Positions 21,248 to 31,164 of a stretch of 64,000 nucleotides of DNA are shown here, one piece after another. The stretch lies in NCBI GenBank assembly GCA_963766335.1, contig CAVXZA010000002.1, positions 1,037,386 through 1,101,385 of the forward strand, given 5' to 3'. A program made the position numbers and the translations under genes. The notes below the pieces were generated by a model that saw only the letters and a list, made by a program, of their open reading frames with translations, did no database searches and was not told where the DNA came from. Source of the DNA: an uncultured Clostridia bacterium. GTDB lineage: Bacteria > Bacillota > Clostridia > DUPQ01. Each line of letters starts with the position of its first letter. Position 1 is the first letter of the stretch.

Positions 21248-23176
21248 ATGTCAAAGGGAAACTACTATATCACGACAGCAATTGTCTATACATCCGGGAA
21301 ACCGCATATCGGGAATACTTACGAAGCAGTCCTCGCTGACAGCATCGCCCGTTTCATGCGAATGTCGGGATATGATGTTTTCTACATGACGGGAACGGAT
21401 GAACACGGCCAGAAAGTTCAGATAAAGGCAGATGAAGCGGGTAAAACCCCGAAGGAATTCGTGGATGAAGTTGCTGCGGAAATAAAACGCATCTGGAAAA
21501 TCATAGGCAGCAGCCATGATAAGTTCATCCGGACAACCGATCCTGACCATGAAAAAATCGTTCAAAAGATTTTTGAAAAATTATATAAACAAGGAGATAT
21601 ATATAAAGGCGTCTATGAAGGCTGGTACTGCACCCCATGCGAATCATTCTGGACCGAGACCCAGCTGATTGACGGCAAGTGCCCCGACTGCCACAGGGAT
21701 GTTGTGAAATCCAAGGAAGAATCGTATTTCTTTAAACTCAGCAAATACCAGGAAAGGCTAATGAAGCATATCGAGGAGAATCCGCACTTCATACAGCCCG
21801 AGTCCCGAAAAAACGAGATGATTAACAACTTTCTGAAACCAGGTCTTCAGGACCTTTGTGTTTCAAGGACCTCTTTTGACTGGGGCGTTAAGGTTCCTTT
21901 TAATAAGAATCACGTAATTTACGTTTGGATTGATGCTCTTAGCAACTACATCACCGGTCTTGGCTATGACCCTGATGGAAACCATGGTGAAATGTTTACA
22001 AAATACTGGCCTGCTGATGTCCATCTGATTGGAAAGGACATCCTTCGTTTCCATACGCTGTATTGGCCGATTATGCTTATGGCTCTTGAAGTAGAGCTTC
22101 CCAAGCAGGTTTTTGGTCATCCATGGCTTAACATGGGAGCAGGAAAAATGAGCAAGTCTAAAGGTAATGTAATGTATGCGGATGACCTTGTGGAATATTT
22201 CGGTGTTGATGCAATCAGATACTTTGTGCTTCATGAAACACCTTTTGCACAGGATGGGACGATTACTTATGAGCTTATAGTTGAACGGATTAATTCAGAC
22301 CTAGCCAACATACTCGGTAATTTGGTTAACAGGACCGTTACCATGGTCAATAAATATTTCGGAGGCGAAATACTTGAACCCGGTGAAAAAGAAGCGGTTG
22401 ATGATGAATTGATTCAGCTGGCCTTAAAAACACCTATTGCTGTTGAAGCTAAGATGGCGGAACTCCGTGTTGCCGATGCGATAAGCGAGATTTTCACATT
22501 GCTCAGAAGAAGTAATAAATACATTGATGAAACAATGCCATGGGTGCTGGGTAAAGATGAAAGCAAGAGGGGAAGACTTGCAACAGTACTGTTCAACCTT
22601 CTTGAAAGCATCAGATTCGCTGCAGTCATGCTTCAGCCTTATATGCCTGAAACTGCAGCTTCCATATTGGAACAGCTTAACACCTGTGTCAATACATGGG
22701 ATTCACTTGCGGAATTCAATGGAATCAAAGTAGGCGACAACGTTGGAAAGGCAAAGATTCTGTTTGCACGTTTGGATACTGAGAAGAAACTAAATGAAAT
22801 TAAAATAGCTGAAGAGGAAAAAGCAGAGTCAGTGCAAAAGCTTGATATTGAAGAACCTATTATAATGGAAGATTTCGCCAAGGTAAAACTACGTGCAGCC
22901 AAGGTGCTTGAAGTTGAAAAAATCAAAGGCACCGAAAAACTTCTTAAACTGATAGTTGACTCAGGAAGCGAAAAACGTCAGATAGTATCAGGTATTGCGA
23001 CTGATTATAGTGCAGAAGAACTGGTCGGTAAGAATATTGTTATTATTGCAAACCTGCTGCCTATTAAACTGAGGGGGGTCCTTTCTGAAGGGATGATATT
23101 GGCGGCTGAAGACGAAAAAGGGCTTAGTATAGTAACCCTTGATAAAGATGTCGAACCTGGTACTCCTGTCAGATAA
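21248..23176 (+). CDS. metG: methionyl-tRNA synthetase with C-terminal tRNA-binding (EMAP-like) domain
   Basis: HIGN and KMSKS motifs and zinc-knuckle Cys are present. The C-terminal domain GKNIVIIANLLPIKLRGVLSEGMILAAE is present. AAGGAGA RBS. Confidence 0.9.
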   Translation: MSKGNYYITTAIVYTSGKPHIGNTYEAVLADSIARFMRMSGYDVFYMTGTDEHGQKVQIKADEAGKTPKEFVDEVAAEIKRIWKIIGSSHDKFIRTTDPDHEKIVQKIFEKLYKQGDIYKGVYEGWYCTPCESFWTETQLIDGKCPDCHRDVVKSKEESYFFKLSKYQERLMKHIEENPHFIQPESRKNEMINNFLKPGLQDLCVSRTSFDWGVKVPFNKNHVIYVWIDALSNYITGLGYDPDGNHGEMFTKYWPADVHLIGKDILRFHTLYWPIMLMALEVELPKQVFGHPWLNMGAGKMSKSKGNVMYADDLVEYFGVDAIRYFVLHETPFAQDGTITYELIVERINSDLANILGNLVNRTVTMVNKYFGGEILEPGEKEAVDDELIQLALKTPIAVEAKMAELRVADAISEIFTLLRRSNKYIDETMPWVLGKDESKRGRLATVLFNLLESIRFAAVMLQPYMPETAASILEQLNTCVNTWDSLAEFNGIKVGDNVGKAKILFARLDTEKKLNEIKIAEEEKAESVQKLDIEEPIIMEDFAKVKLRAAKVLEVEKIKGTEKLLKLIVDSGSEKRQIVSGIATDYSAEELVGKNIVIIANLLPIKLRGVLSEGMILAAEDEKGLSIVTLDKDVEPGTPVR

Positions 23177-23191
23177 ATAATAATCAGAAGA

Positions 23192-23236
23192 AACAAGAAC
23201 AGGAAGACATTAATATTCCTGTTCTTTTTATTTGCA
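23192..23236 (+). terminator. rho-independent terminator after metG
   Basis: AAGAACAGGAA...TTCCTGTTCTT stem followed by TTTATTT. Confidence 0.5.
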
Positions 23237-23308
23237 GTGTATAAATATCAGGATTAGTGGGGAATTGCATAATTAGGGTAATAATAAAGAGTAGAACGGG
23301 AGAATATA

Positions 23309-23863
23309 ATGAAATTGATTAAATTAGTATTAGGTAGTGTCAGGGATGGCAGAGCCGGAGAAAAAGTAGCTACATGGCTACTGGGAAAAACAAGTGAATA
23401 TAGAGGCGATGTAAAGTTCGAGTTAATTGACCTGGCAGAGGTTAATCTACCGTTCATGAATGAACCGGTGCCCCCGGCCGGCAGCTCTGATTATAAATAT
23501 GAACATACAAAAAGATGGAGCAGGCTGATTGATGAAGCGGATGGGTTTATATTCATTACCCCTGAATATAACCACGGATATTCAGGGGTATTGAAAAACG
23601 CACTGGATTTTCTTTATAAAGAATGGAAGAATAAGCCTGTATTATTTGTAGGATATGGAGGAGGGGGAGCATCGAATTCGATCAGGCAATTAAAAGAGGT
23701 GGTTGAGTTTTTGGGTATGCATGCTTTATCCGGGCAAATTAATATAAGTAAAATTTGGGAAGCATTTGATAAAGACGGAAAAATTATAGAGTCTAATATT
23801 TCCGGAGACATTGAAAAATTACTGGCAGAGCTTGATAATAAGGCTGAACACCAGATAAATTAG
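23309..23863 (+). CDS. NAD(P)H-dependent FMN reductase (flavodoxin-like fold)
   Basis: 184 aa with an NADPH-dependent FMN reductase family pattern (LVLGSVRDGRAG...ITPEYNHGYSGVLKNALD). Confidence 0.75.
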   Translation: MKLIKLVLGSVRDGRAGEKVATWLLGKTSEYRGDVKFELIDLAEVNLPFMNEPVPPAGSSDYKYEHTKRWSRLIDEADGFIFITPEYNHGYSGVLKNALDFLYKEWKNKPVLFVGYGGGGASNSIRQLKEVVEFLGMHALSGQINISKIWEAFDKDGKIIESNISGDIEKLLAELDNKAEHQIN

Positions 23864-23895
23864 CTTAAAATGAACATAAATTTGAAAAAACTGTT

Positions 23896-25158
23896 CTAGG
23901 AAAGAGCAGTTTTTTCTTTTTCAGGTATTTCGGCTGATGGCACATGGAAGATTTTACGGGTTTTTCCGGAAATCATAATAACCACTGAAAAAACAGCCAG
24001 CACAATGAGGTTAAGAACAAGTACAATAATCGGTATACTGAAACTGTCTGAAAGCACGCCGCCTATCGCCATTCCCAGTGGTGTCAGTCCAGCTGATATG
24101 GATGAAGAGAATGCAAAGAATTTACCGCGCATTTCAGGTTCGATTATAAGTTGGAGTACAGCACCTATTATGACATTAACAATAACAATCAGGAAGCCTC
24201 CTATGAAGAATAATACAAGTATCATCGCAAAACCCCATAATAGTGAAAAAGAGAGGGAAAGAAGGCAGACGACCATGCTGACAAAGAATATTTTAAAGCG
24301 GTTCCGGTTTGTTACCTTAAGCATGGACATGACAAAGCCCCCGACGAACATCCCGACGGTGAATATTGACATTGCCACACCGTATCTCTCAGCACCGAGG
24401 GATGCCGTCCTTTGGAAATACGGCATAAGCGTTACAATCGAAGCTGTCAGCATAAAGTTCATGAAGGCAGCAAGAAGGAAAAAGTTCCTGATGCCGATAT
24501 GTGAAACAGCGTACCTAATTCCGCTTTTAAAATCAGCCCAGTAGTCATACTTTTCGCCGTCTTCCGGAACCTTTTTCTTTGATGTCTTTATGAATAGTTC
24601 TGAAATAGCGGATAAGATATAGGAAATCCCGTTTATAAGGAATAAAAGGGGAGCTCCGAATGCCGCATATAGAATACCGCCTGTCGGTGTCGCAAGGATT
24701 TCCGTAGCGGAATTCACCATGCTATTGACAGAGCCTGCATTCGTCATCTTCTCAGCCGGAATCAATTCGGGCACGATTGCCGATGATGCGGGGGCGAAGA
24801 AAGCGGATGCTATGCCGGATACAATTGCAACAATGAAAACCATCCAAACTTCAAGCAGATTCATATATATGATTGCTGTCGCGGCTAAAACTACGATACC
24901 ATTTACAATATCAGCCCAGACCAGTATCCTGCTCTTCCGCCACCTGTCGACGAATGGCCCGACAAATGGGGCAATGAGGACCCTGGGGAGCGAAGATGCA
25001 GCCATTATGGTTCCCATCAAAGTGCCGGAACCTGTTGTGTCCAGCACCCAAAAGCCAAGCGCCACACTGAACAGCACACTGCCGAACAGGGACACGAAGC
25101 GTCCCTGTGCAAGCAAAATAAAATTCTTATTCCAAAGCTTAGTAGGTTTATCAGACAT
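23896..25158 (-). CDS. MFS transporter
   Basis: 420 aa with about 12 TM segments and MFS-like loops. Last gene of the Gfo/Idh/MocA operon. Confidence 0.75.
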   Translation of the reverse strand: MSDKPTKLWNKNFILLAQGRFVSLFGSVLFSVALGFWVLDTTGSGTLMGTIMAASSLPRVLIAPFVGPFVDRWRKSRILVWADIVNGIVVLAATAIIYMNLLEVWMVFIVAIVSGIASAFFAPASSAIVPELIPAEKMTNAGSVNSMVNSATEILATPTGGILYAAFGAPLLFLINGISYILSAISELFIKTSKKKVPEDGEKYDYWADFKSGIRYAVSHIGIRNFFLLAAFMNFMLTASIVTLMPYFQRTASLGAERYGVAMSIFTVGMFVGGFVMSMLKVTNRNRFKIFFVSMVVCLLSLSFSLLWGFAMILVLFFIGGFLIVIVNVIIGAVLQLIIEPEMRGKFFAFSSSISAGLTPLGMAIGGVLSDSFSIPIIVLVLNLIVLAVFSVVIMISGKTRKIFHVPSAEIPEKEKTALS

Positions 25159-26305
25159 CTATCCACTGCCCTTCCTTAATTGAATTATCTATCGCGTCCA
25201 GAACGCTGCAGCACATATACCCGTCTTCGAAATCAGGGCTAGCCGCCGTCTTATTGCAGATTGACTGTACAAATGAGTACATCTCATGAACAAAAGTATG
25301 CTCATAACCGATTACATGCCCCGGCGGCCACCACGAGCCTGCAAATTCATGTTCGGATTCAGTAACGGATATGAGTTTGAAACCCTGCTGGTATGAAGGA
25401 TCGTCGTTATTATAATATTGCAGCTCATTCATGCGTTCAAATTCAAATTTCACGCTGCCCTTGCTTCCGTTTATTTCAAATGACATTCCGTTCCTACGGC
25501 CCGTTGCAAACCTGGTAGCTTCAAAAGTTCCTAATGCGTCGTTTTCAAATTCAGCAATAAAAATCGAAGCGTCATCAACTGTGACATCTCCCATTTTTCC
25601 TGAGCCGCTGCCTGAAGCGGATAATCCGTCCATAGATTCAACAAGGGGACGTTGCTTAACAAATGTTTTCTTCATGCCCATAACTTTTTTAAAATCACCT
25701 ATCAAGTACCTTGCCAAATCGATAATATGTGCATTTATATCGCCGTGGGCACCAGAGCCCGCAACATTTTTATCAAGTCTCCAGACCAACGGAAAATTGG
25801 GATCAACAATCCAGTCCTGGAGATACAGGCCCCTGAAGTGATATATAGTGCCTAGTTTTCCTTCTTCAATCAACCTTTTTGCCAGCCTGACTGCAGGAAC
25901 AAAGCGATAATTAAATCCTACCTGATGGACAATACCTGCAGATTCAGCTGCCTTCCACATAACTTTCGCATCATCAGATGTCATTGCAAGGGGTTTTTCA
26001 CAGAATATATGTTTTTTCTCCTCAGCAGCCATCAAAGCCATTTCCATATGTACGTTGCTTGGTGCAGTAATATCTACAAAATCAATATCATCTCGCCTTA
26101 TAAAAGCCTTCCAATCGGTGGCATAAGTTTCAAATCCAAATTTATTACAAGCAGCTTTAACGGATGCTTCATTTCTGCCGCAGATTGCCCTTGGTACAAC
26201 ATAAGCATCGGCATCAAAGAAATGATTTAACTGCCTATACGCGTTTGAATGGGCGCGGCCCATGAATTTATAGCCAATGAGACCCGCATTGATTTTTTTC
26301 ATCAT
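25151..26305 (-). CDS. Gfo/Idh/MocA family oxidoreductase
   Basis: N-terminal Rossmann GLIGYKFMGRAH and a C-terminal GFO_IDH_MocA domain. Overlaps the MFS start by 8 nt. Confidence 0.8.
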   Translation of the reverse strand: MMKKINAGLIGYKFMGRAHSNAYRQLNHFFDADAYVVPRAICGRNEASVKAACNKFGFETYATDWKAFIRRDDIDFVDITAPSNVHMEMALMAAEEKKHIFCEKPLAMTSDDAKVMWKAAESAGIVHQVGFNYRFVPAVRLAKRLIEEGKLGTIYHFRGLYLQDWIVDPNFPLVWRLDKNVAGSGAHGDINAHIIDLARYLIGDFKKVMGMKKTFVKQRPLVESMDGLSASGSGSGKMGDVTVDDASIFIAEFENDALGTFEATRFATGRRNGMSFEINGSKGSVKFEFERMNELQYYNNDDPSYQQGFKLISVTESEHEFAGSWWPPGHVIGYEHTFVHEMYSFVQSICNKTAASPDFEDGYMCCSVLDAIDNSIKEGQWIDV

Positions 26306-26313
26306 TTTACCTC

Positions 26314-27279
26314 CTATGCCCAGAACATTTCCCCGGTTTCCTCAAATATCATGGTTTCCTTTAGAAACGCCACGGCTTTTTCAAGTCCTTCGCCGGGGCT
26401 CATCAGGGAATCCTCATGTTCGATTGAAATTGCCCCGTCATATCCAACTGTCCTTAACGCAGAAAACATATCTTTCCAAATCCTATAGTCATTTCCATAC
26501 CCTACGGTTCTGAACAGCCATGCGCGATTGTATTCATCTCCGTAATGTTTAGTATCCAGAACACCGTTCACCTTGGAATTAAATTCTTGTACAACACTGT
26601 CTTTTGCATGGAAATGAAAAATGCAATCCTTAAGTTCCCTTATTGCTAAAACAGGATCAATTCCCTGCCAGAACAAGTGGCTTGGATCAAAATTTGCTCC
26701 GATTGAGCTGCCTGCGGCAGCTCTTAGCCTTAGCAGTGTTTCAGGGTTATAAACACAAAATCCAGGATGCATCTCAAGTGCTATTTTTTTAATTCCATGG
26801 GATTCTGCGAATGCAGCAGCTTCTATCCAATAGGGTATAAGAACTTCGTTCCACTGATATTCAAGGATTGTACCAAAATCATCAGGCCATGGACACGTGA
26901 CCCAGTTGGGGTATTTATCCATCGGCGAACCACCGGGACATCCTGAGAATGTTATTACGGTATCAATCCCTGCTCGTTCTGCCAACAGCACAGTATCCCT
27001 AAAATCTTTGTCAAATGATTCTGCAATATCTTTTTGAGGATGCACGGGATTGCCATGGCAGCTGAAAGCACTTATTTCCATTCCGAAATTCTCAACCAAT
27101 GTAAGAAGTTTATCCAGTTTTTCGGGATTCTTTAAAAAATCCGTGGCATCTGCGTGGGCCTTTCCGGGGTATCCGCCTGTTCCCAACTCGACAGTCTGAA
27201 CACCCATTTTACTGAGCTTTTCCAAAACCGATTCCAGCGGCATATCTGACATCATTACAGTCAATACTCCAAGTTTCAT
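26314..27279 (-). CDS. sugar phosphate isomerase/epimerase (xylose-isomerase-like TIM barrel)
   Basis: AP-endonuclease family 2 / inosose-isomerase-like TIM-barrel sequence pattern. Confidence 0.7.
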   Translation of the reverse strand: MKLGVLTVMMSDMPLESVLEKLSKMGVQTVELGTGGYPGKAHADATDFLKNPEKLDKLLTLVENFGMEISAFSCHGNPVHPQKDIAESFDKDFRDTVLLAERAGIDTVITFSGCPGGSPMDKYPNWVTCPWPDDFGTILEYQWNEVLIPYWIEAAAFAESHGIKKIALEMHPGFCVYNPETLLRLRAAAGSSIGANFDPSHLFWQGIDPVLAIRELKDCIFHFHAKDSVVQEFNSKVNGVLDTKHYGDEYNRAWLFRTVGYGNDYRIWKDMFSALRTVGYDGAISIEHEDSLMSPGEGLEKAVAFLKETMIFEETGEMFWA

Positions 27280-27281
27280 AA

Positions 27282-28304
27282 TTATCCCTCCAATATTTCT
27301 TTGATAGTAACTTCGCGGTTTTCTGCAGAACTTTTTATTGCTGCAAAAACCATTGCAAGACTTTTTATATTATCCCGGCAGTCGGTCGGTGCCCTTCTGC
27401 CGGCTTTTACACTTTCAACCATCTCATTTATACAGCCTTCATGGGCGGTAAGACCGCAGTGCACTTTCTCAACTCTGATTTTTTTATCGCCCGGGTGCCG
27501 AACTTGGTTATCATAAGAAACCTCAGCTGTTGGAAAATCAGCACCGTTCCAGCAGCATGTACCCAGCTTACCCCCTGCCCGCCAATTGGAATCCCATGAG
27601 GTTTTCACACCCGGAGCACACCATGAACCTGTATAGTTGAAAACGGTACCACCCTCAAATGTAAAAATACAAACAGCAGAGGCGTCGCCTTTGTACCAGG
27701 ACCAACCGGGATTATATTCTTTGCATATTACAGACACAGGGTCTTTGCCAAGTAAAAAACGTGCCTGGTCAAATGTGTGTATTGCCATGTCAATCAGTAG
27801 AGGCGAGTCCATTTCATCGCGGAAACCACCGAAATGGGGATCTCTGAAAAATTCAGCCCCGATATAGCCAACCTGTCCGATAAGCCCTGATTGAATTGCA
27901 TTTTTATATGAAAACATGCCGCTGTTATACCGACGGTTCTGCATTACAAAGAAATGCCTGTCGTATTTGTCAGACAATCTAATAATTTTTTTGGCATTGT
28001 TGATTGAGTCTGCAAGAGGTTTTTCGGAAAAAACATGCAAGCCCTTTGAAAGGCATAGTTCGGCGAAATCAAGCCGTTCTGCCGGCACTATATTATCAAT
28101 GGCGATATCAGGATTAAGTAAGTCAATCGCTTCCAAAACATTTGTGAATACAGGGCAATCCAGATTGTATTCCATAGCTTTTGTTGAAGCAGCTTTCATG
28201 TTGATATCTACAAGGCCGCAAATTTTGACATCGTTTCTCTTGGTCAAATTTGACAGCCATGCATTACTGATATTTCCGCATCCCACATGAAGAAGTTTAA
28301 GCAC
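27282..28304 (-). CDS. Gfo/Idh/MocA family oxidoreductase
   Basis: N-terminal Rossmann HVGCGNISNAWL. First gene of the operon. Confidence 0.8.
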   Translation of the reverse strand: MLKLLHVGCGNISNAWLSNLTKRNDVKICGLVDINMKAASTKAMEYNLDCPVFTNVLEAIDLLNPDIAIDNIVPAERLDFAELCLSKGLHVFSEKPLADSINNAKKIIRLSDKYDRHFFVMQNRRYNSGMFSYKNAIQSGLIGQVGYIGAEFFRDPHFGGFRDEMDSPLLIDMAIHTFDQARFLLGKDPVSVICKEYNPGWSWYKGDASAVCIFTFEGGTVFNYTGSWCAPGVKTSWDSNWRAGGKLGTCCWNGADFPTAEVSYDNQVRHPGDKKIRVEKVHCGLTAHEGCINEMVESVKAGRRAPTDCRDNIKSLAMVFAAIKSSAENREVTIKEILEG

Positions 28305-28397
28305 GTCCCAACCCCCGGAATTAATCAGGATAATTATATCATATAAAGGGAGTTGGATAAGATGCTCGCAGGCAGATAATCAGTGTATAATACATAT

Positions 28398-28844
28398 ATG
28401 AAAATAGTAGTAGATGCAGATGCCTGTCCGGTAAAGAATGAAATTGTTAAGATAGCAAAAAAACATAAGCTTGAAGTTATTATGGTATGCGATACTTCCC
28501 ATATAATTACCAGTGATTATGCAAAGGTCATAGTTGTTGACAAGGGTGCGGATTCCGTTGATTTTGCTTTAATTAATATTGTTAAAGCGGGAGATGTGGT
28601 GGTAAGCCAGGATTATGGGGTTGCCGCCATGGCACTCGCCAAAAAAGCTTCAGCGATAGGAAACACAGGTAAAATATATACACAGTTCAATATTGATTCA
28701 ATGCTGAACCAGCGCCATCTGGCAAAAGAAAACCGCCGCAAGGGCGGGAAATTCAGCCGGGGTCCAAAGAACCCCGGCATTGATAAAATTAAGTTTATAG
28801 AATCATTTAGGAAGCTCATACTCCCTAATGAGTTAATCCTTTGA
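28398..28844 (+). CDS. UPF0178 (YaiI/DUF188) family protein
   Basis: The N-terminus [12 protein letters not shown] is the UPF0178 family signature. Confidence 0.7.
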   Translation: MKIVVDADACPVKNEIVKIAKKHKLEVIMVCDTSHIITSDYAKVIVVDKGADSVDFALINIVKAGDVVVSQDYGVAAMALAKKASAIGNTGKIYTQFNIDSMLNQRHLAKENRRKGGKFSRGPKNPGIDKIKFIESFRKLILPNELIL

Positions 28845-30779
28845 CTTTTTACTCTGCCACCTTTTCTTCTTTAAAATGCCTTTTACAAGTGCATATCCTC
28901 CAAGGGCGCCGGCTCCGCCGCCTAAAACTGCAAGCGAACCTCCCAGTATTTTAATTAAATCACTCTGTCTTTCCAATTCCTCTTCCATTTCTTTTGTTTC
29001 CTCCGGTGTAGGCGGTTTAATGGTAGGTGCCGGTGTTGGTGTGACTGTAGGTCCGGAAGTCGGTGTTGGCGTAGGGGCAGGTGTCGGTGTTGTATCTGAA
29101 GTTGCTGTTGGTGTGGGCTCAGGGGCGGATGTTGGTTCAGTTGTTGCCGTTGAAGTTGGCGTCGGAGTAGGACTTGGTGTTGGTGTCGGTGTGGGAGTCG
29201 AAGCAGGAGTCGGGGTAGGTGTGGGTGTTGGTGTTGGAGTAGGTGTTGGCGTAGTGCTAGGTGTAGGAGAAGGTTCCTCCTCTTCCTCTTCTCTTGTTAT
29301 ATTCAACTCATAATTTTGAATGGTAACCGTATCCTGTGCAATTACGGTTATGTTGAATACATTCAAACCGACCTGAAGCTGTACTTCGCCGGTCCCGAGT
29401 ACTGTAGCATTCGGATCTTGTGATATGGCGGAAATGATTCTGCCTACATGGTCATATGAGTAGTTTGAGTAATAAATATATGTGTTTGGATCAAATTCCG
29501 GAACTGTTTCGCCGTTTATCTGCAGGTCTTCCAACAGGGCATTGTCGGACAATTCCCTGGTCACATGGACTGTATATTCCTTCGGGAAGCCTGATTCGGA
29601 ATAGCAGGTGACGGGGAATATATTTTCACCGAAGGCAAGCGGGAAAAAACCTTCCCCGCTTACAGTACTGTAAGGGCAGGCCTTCTGTGTAAGTATATAG
29701 GCCTCATCCATGCTGCTTTCGACGGTATGGTAAATATCTGTCGCTAATCCCACCGGATAATCAGTTTTATTTATATTGAATAACATGATACTGTTTATAT
29801 CACATCGTTCCTTATAGATATTTCCAACTGCCGGATCACGGTAGAATATCTTATTATGGTCGTTGACCGCAATTTCCTCCGCAGTTCCATTGTTCGCGAT
29901 AAAACCCGGGCCGCTGCCGGTTGTGACATATGCGGTAAAAATCCCATCGGAGTATTTAACAATATTCTTAGCGAATCCATCAGTACTATAAACCCATGAT
30001 TCAATAAATAAATCCCCGCTGTCATTGACGTCGATATATGATGGATACCATAAGTATGTAGTATCCGACAACCTGTTCCAGAAAACCTCCATCGGGCTTT
30101 TATACCATATGCAGTGTCCCAGGTAATCAGTGATATATATTATATCGTTGTATATGCAGATATCCAGTGGATACAGCATATCCTGACCGGGAGTCGGTAG
30201 TATTGTCCACCCGCCTGCAGGATCAAGATACTGAACCCGGAAATTACCTGTGTCAACAACGAAAAGTTCTCCGGATTCATGGGAAAACATACCATTAGGA
30301 TTGATAAACTCACCCAAGCCGGAGCCCATCCATCCAATCTGAACCCATGAACGGGGACCTAGACCGGGGTCTGGGGTAACCCATATGGCATTGTCCACAT
30401 TATCAGAAGCATAAAGAACATCTTCCTCTATATTAGACCACTCAAGACCTGTGGGATGAAAAACAACATCATGTTCTTCCCAACCCTCTCCATCCCATGT
30501 CCTGACAGCCGGATCCTGATCGTCATTTCCTGCTGCGGTCCGCCCATTATGGGAGTCAAGTCCGCCGGATGAGGTGTTTCTTCCTGACCATCCTCCGGCG
30601 CCTGTATCCCTCCAGCCTCCGGGAGGAGGCACAGGAACGGGAGTGGGATAGGGAACAGGTGCAAACGTCCCCTGCGGTGGATAGGGAACAGGATGCGCAT
30701 AAACTGTAAAGACAATACCAATGGCAAAAGCAGCCACAATAATAAGTGAAACTATTAAAAAAACTTTGGATTTTTTCAT
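28833..30779 (-). CDS. cell-surface protein with NHL-repeat region, cadherin-like beta-sandwich domain and Pro/Thr-rich linker
   Basis: Start at ATG 30779 with a GGGGGA RBS. An N-terminal TM/signal anchor is followed by a Pro-rich segment. NHL-like motifs are present ([28 protein letters not shown]). A cadherin-like region follows. Then comes a PTPTPT linker of about 90 aa, and a C-terminal hydrophobic segment plus a KKKRW tail. Confidence 0.6.
   Translation of the reverse strand: MKKSKVFLIVSLIIVAAFAIGIVFTVYAHPVPYPPQGTFAPVPYPTPVPVPPPGGWRDTGAGGWSGRNTSSGGLDSHNGRTAAGNDDQDPAVRTWDGEGWEEHDVVFHPTGLEWSNIEEDVLYASDNVDNAIWVTPDPGLGPRSWVQIGWMGSGLGEFINPNGMFSHESGELFVVDTGNFRVQYLDPAGGWTILPTPGQDMLYPLDICIYNDIIYITDYLGHCIWYKSPMEVFWNRLSDTTYLWYPSYIDVNDSGDLFIESWVYSTDGFAKNIVKYSDGIFTAYVTTGSGPGFIANNGTAEEIAVNDHNKIFYRDPAVGNIYKERCDINSIMLFNINKTDYPVGLATDIYHTVESSMDEAYILTQKACPYSTVSGEGFFPLAFGENIFPVTCYSESGFPKEYTVHVTRELSDNALLEDLQINGETVPEFDPNTYIYYSNYSYDHVGRIISAISQDPNATVLGTGEVQLQVGLNVFNITVIAQDTVTIQNYELNITREEEEEEPSPTPSTTPTPTPTPTPTPTPTPASTPTPTPTPSPTPTPTSTATTEPTSAPEPTPTATSDTTPTPAPTPTPTSGPTVTPTPAPTIKPPTPEETKEMEEELERQSDLIKILGGSLAVLGGGAGALGGYALVKGILKKKRWQSKKSKD
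29005..29275 (-). repeat. low-complexity Pro-Thr (PT) linker-coding repeat within the surface protein gene
   Basis: The plus strand reads GGTGTTGGTGTCGGTGTGGG... repeats. The spurious antisense ORF 28876..29313 (poly-GV) arises from this region. Confidence 0.8.
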
Positions 30780-30975
30780 AAGATACTCCCCCTTTTCGGA
30801 TTTTAAAAAAGCAGAAATACCCCGGATTGATTGAATGGGAAATCCGAAAACCTTTGATAGGGTTATTATACGCTTAAGCTTGTTGTTTCTCAAGAAAACG
30901 GTAGCTCTGCCAGTAAAACTATCCCCAAAAATATATTGAAAGATTAATATGCAATCTATTTCACTTTTATCTGTG

Positions 30976-30990
30976 AAAATGCTATAATGT
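30976..30990 (+). promoter_or_regulatory. extended -10 promoter (TGcTATAAT) driving the FMN riboswitch
   Basis: AAAATGCTATAATG sits immediately 5' of the riboswitch aptamer. Confidence 0.5.
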
Positions 30991-30994
30991 CTGT

Positions 30995-31140
30995 AAATTA
31001 ATAGATTCTTCAGGGCAGGGTGAAATTCCCGACCGGCGGTAGAGTCCGCGAGCGTAAGCTGAACCGGTTAGATTCCGGTACCGACAGTATAGTCTGGATG
31101 AAAGAAGTAATTTTTTTATACCCCTGAGGAGGGGTTTCTT
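30995..31140 (+). promoter_or_regulatory. FMN riboswitch (RFN element) with terminator
   Basis: TTCTTCAGGGCAGGGTGAAATTCCCGACCGGCGGTAGAGTCCGCGAGC...CCGACAGTATAGTCTGGATGAAAGAAG matches the RFN consensus. It is followed by the hairpin ACCCCTgaggAGGGGT plus a T-tract. Confidence 0.8.
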
Positions 31141-31164
31141 TATGCCCCGGGAAGGAAGGACCGT

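Noticed and set aside
28876-29313. 145-aa plus-strand ORF rich in GVGVG repeats
   Set aside because: It is the antisense translation of the Pro/Thr linker-coding repeat of the minus-strand surface protein gene, not an elastin- or glycine-rich protein gene.
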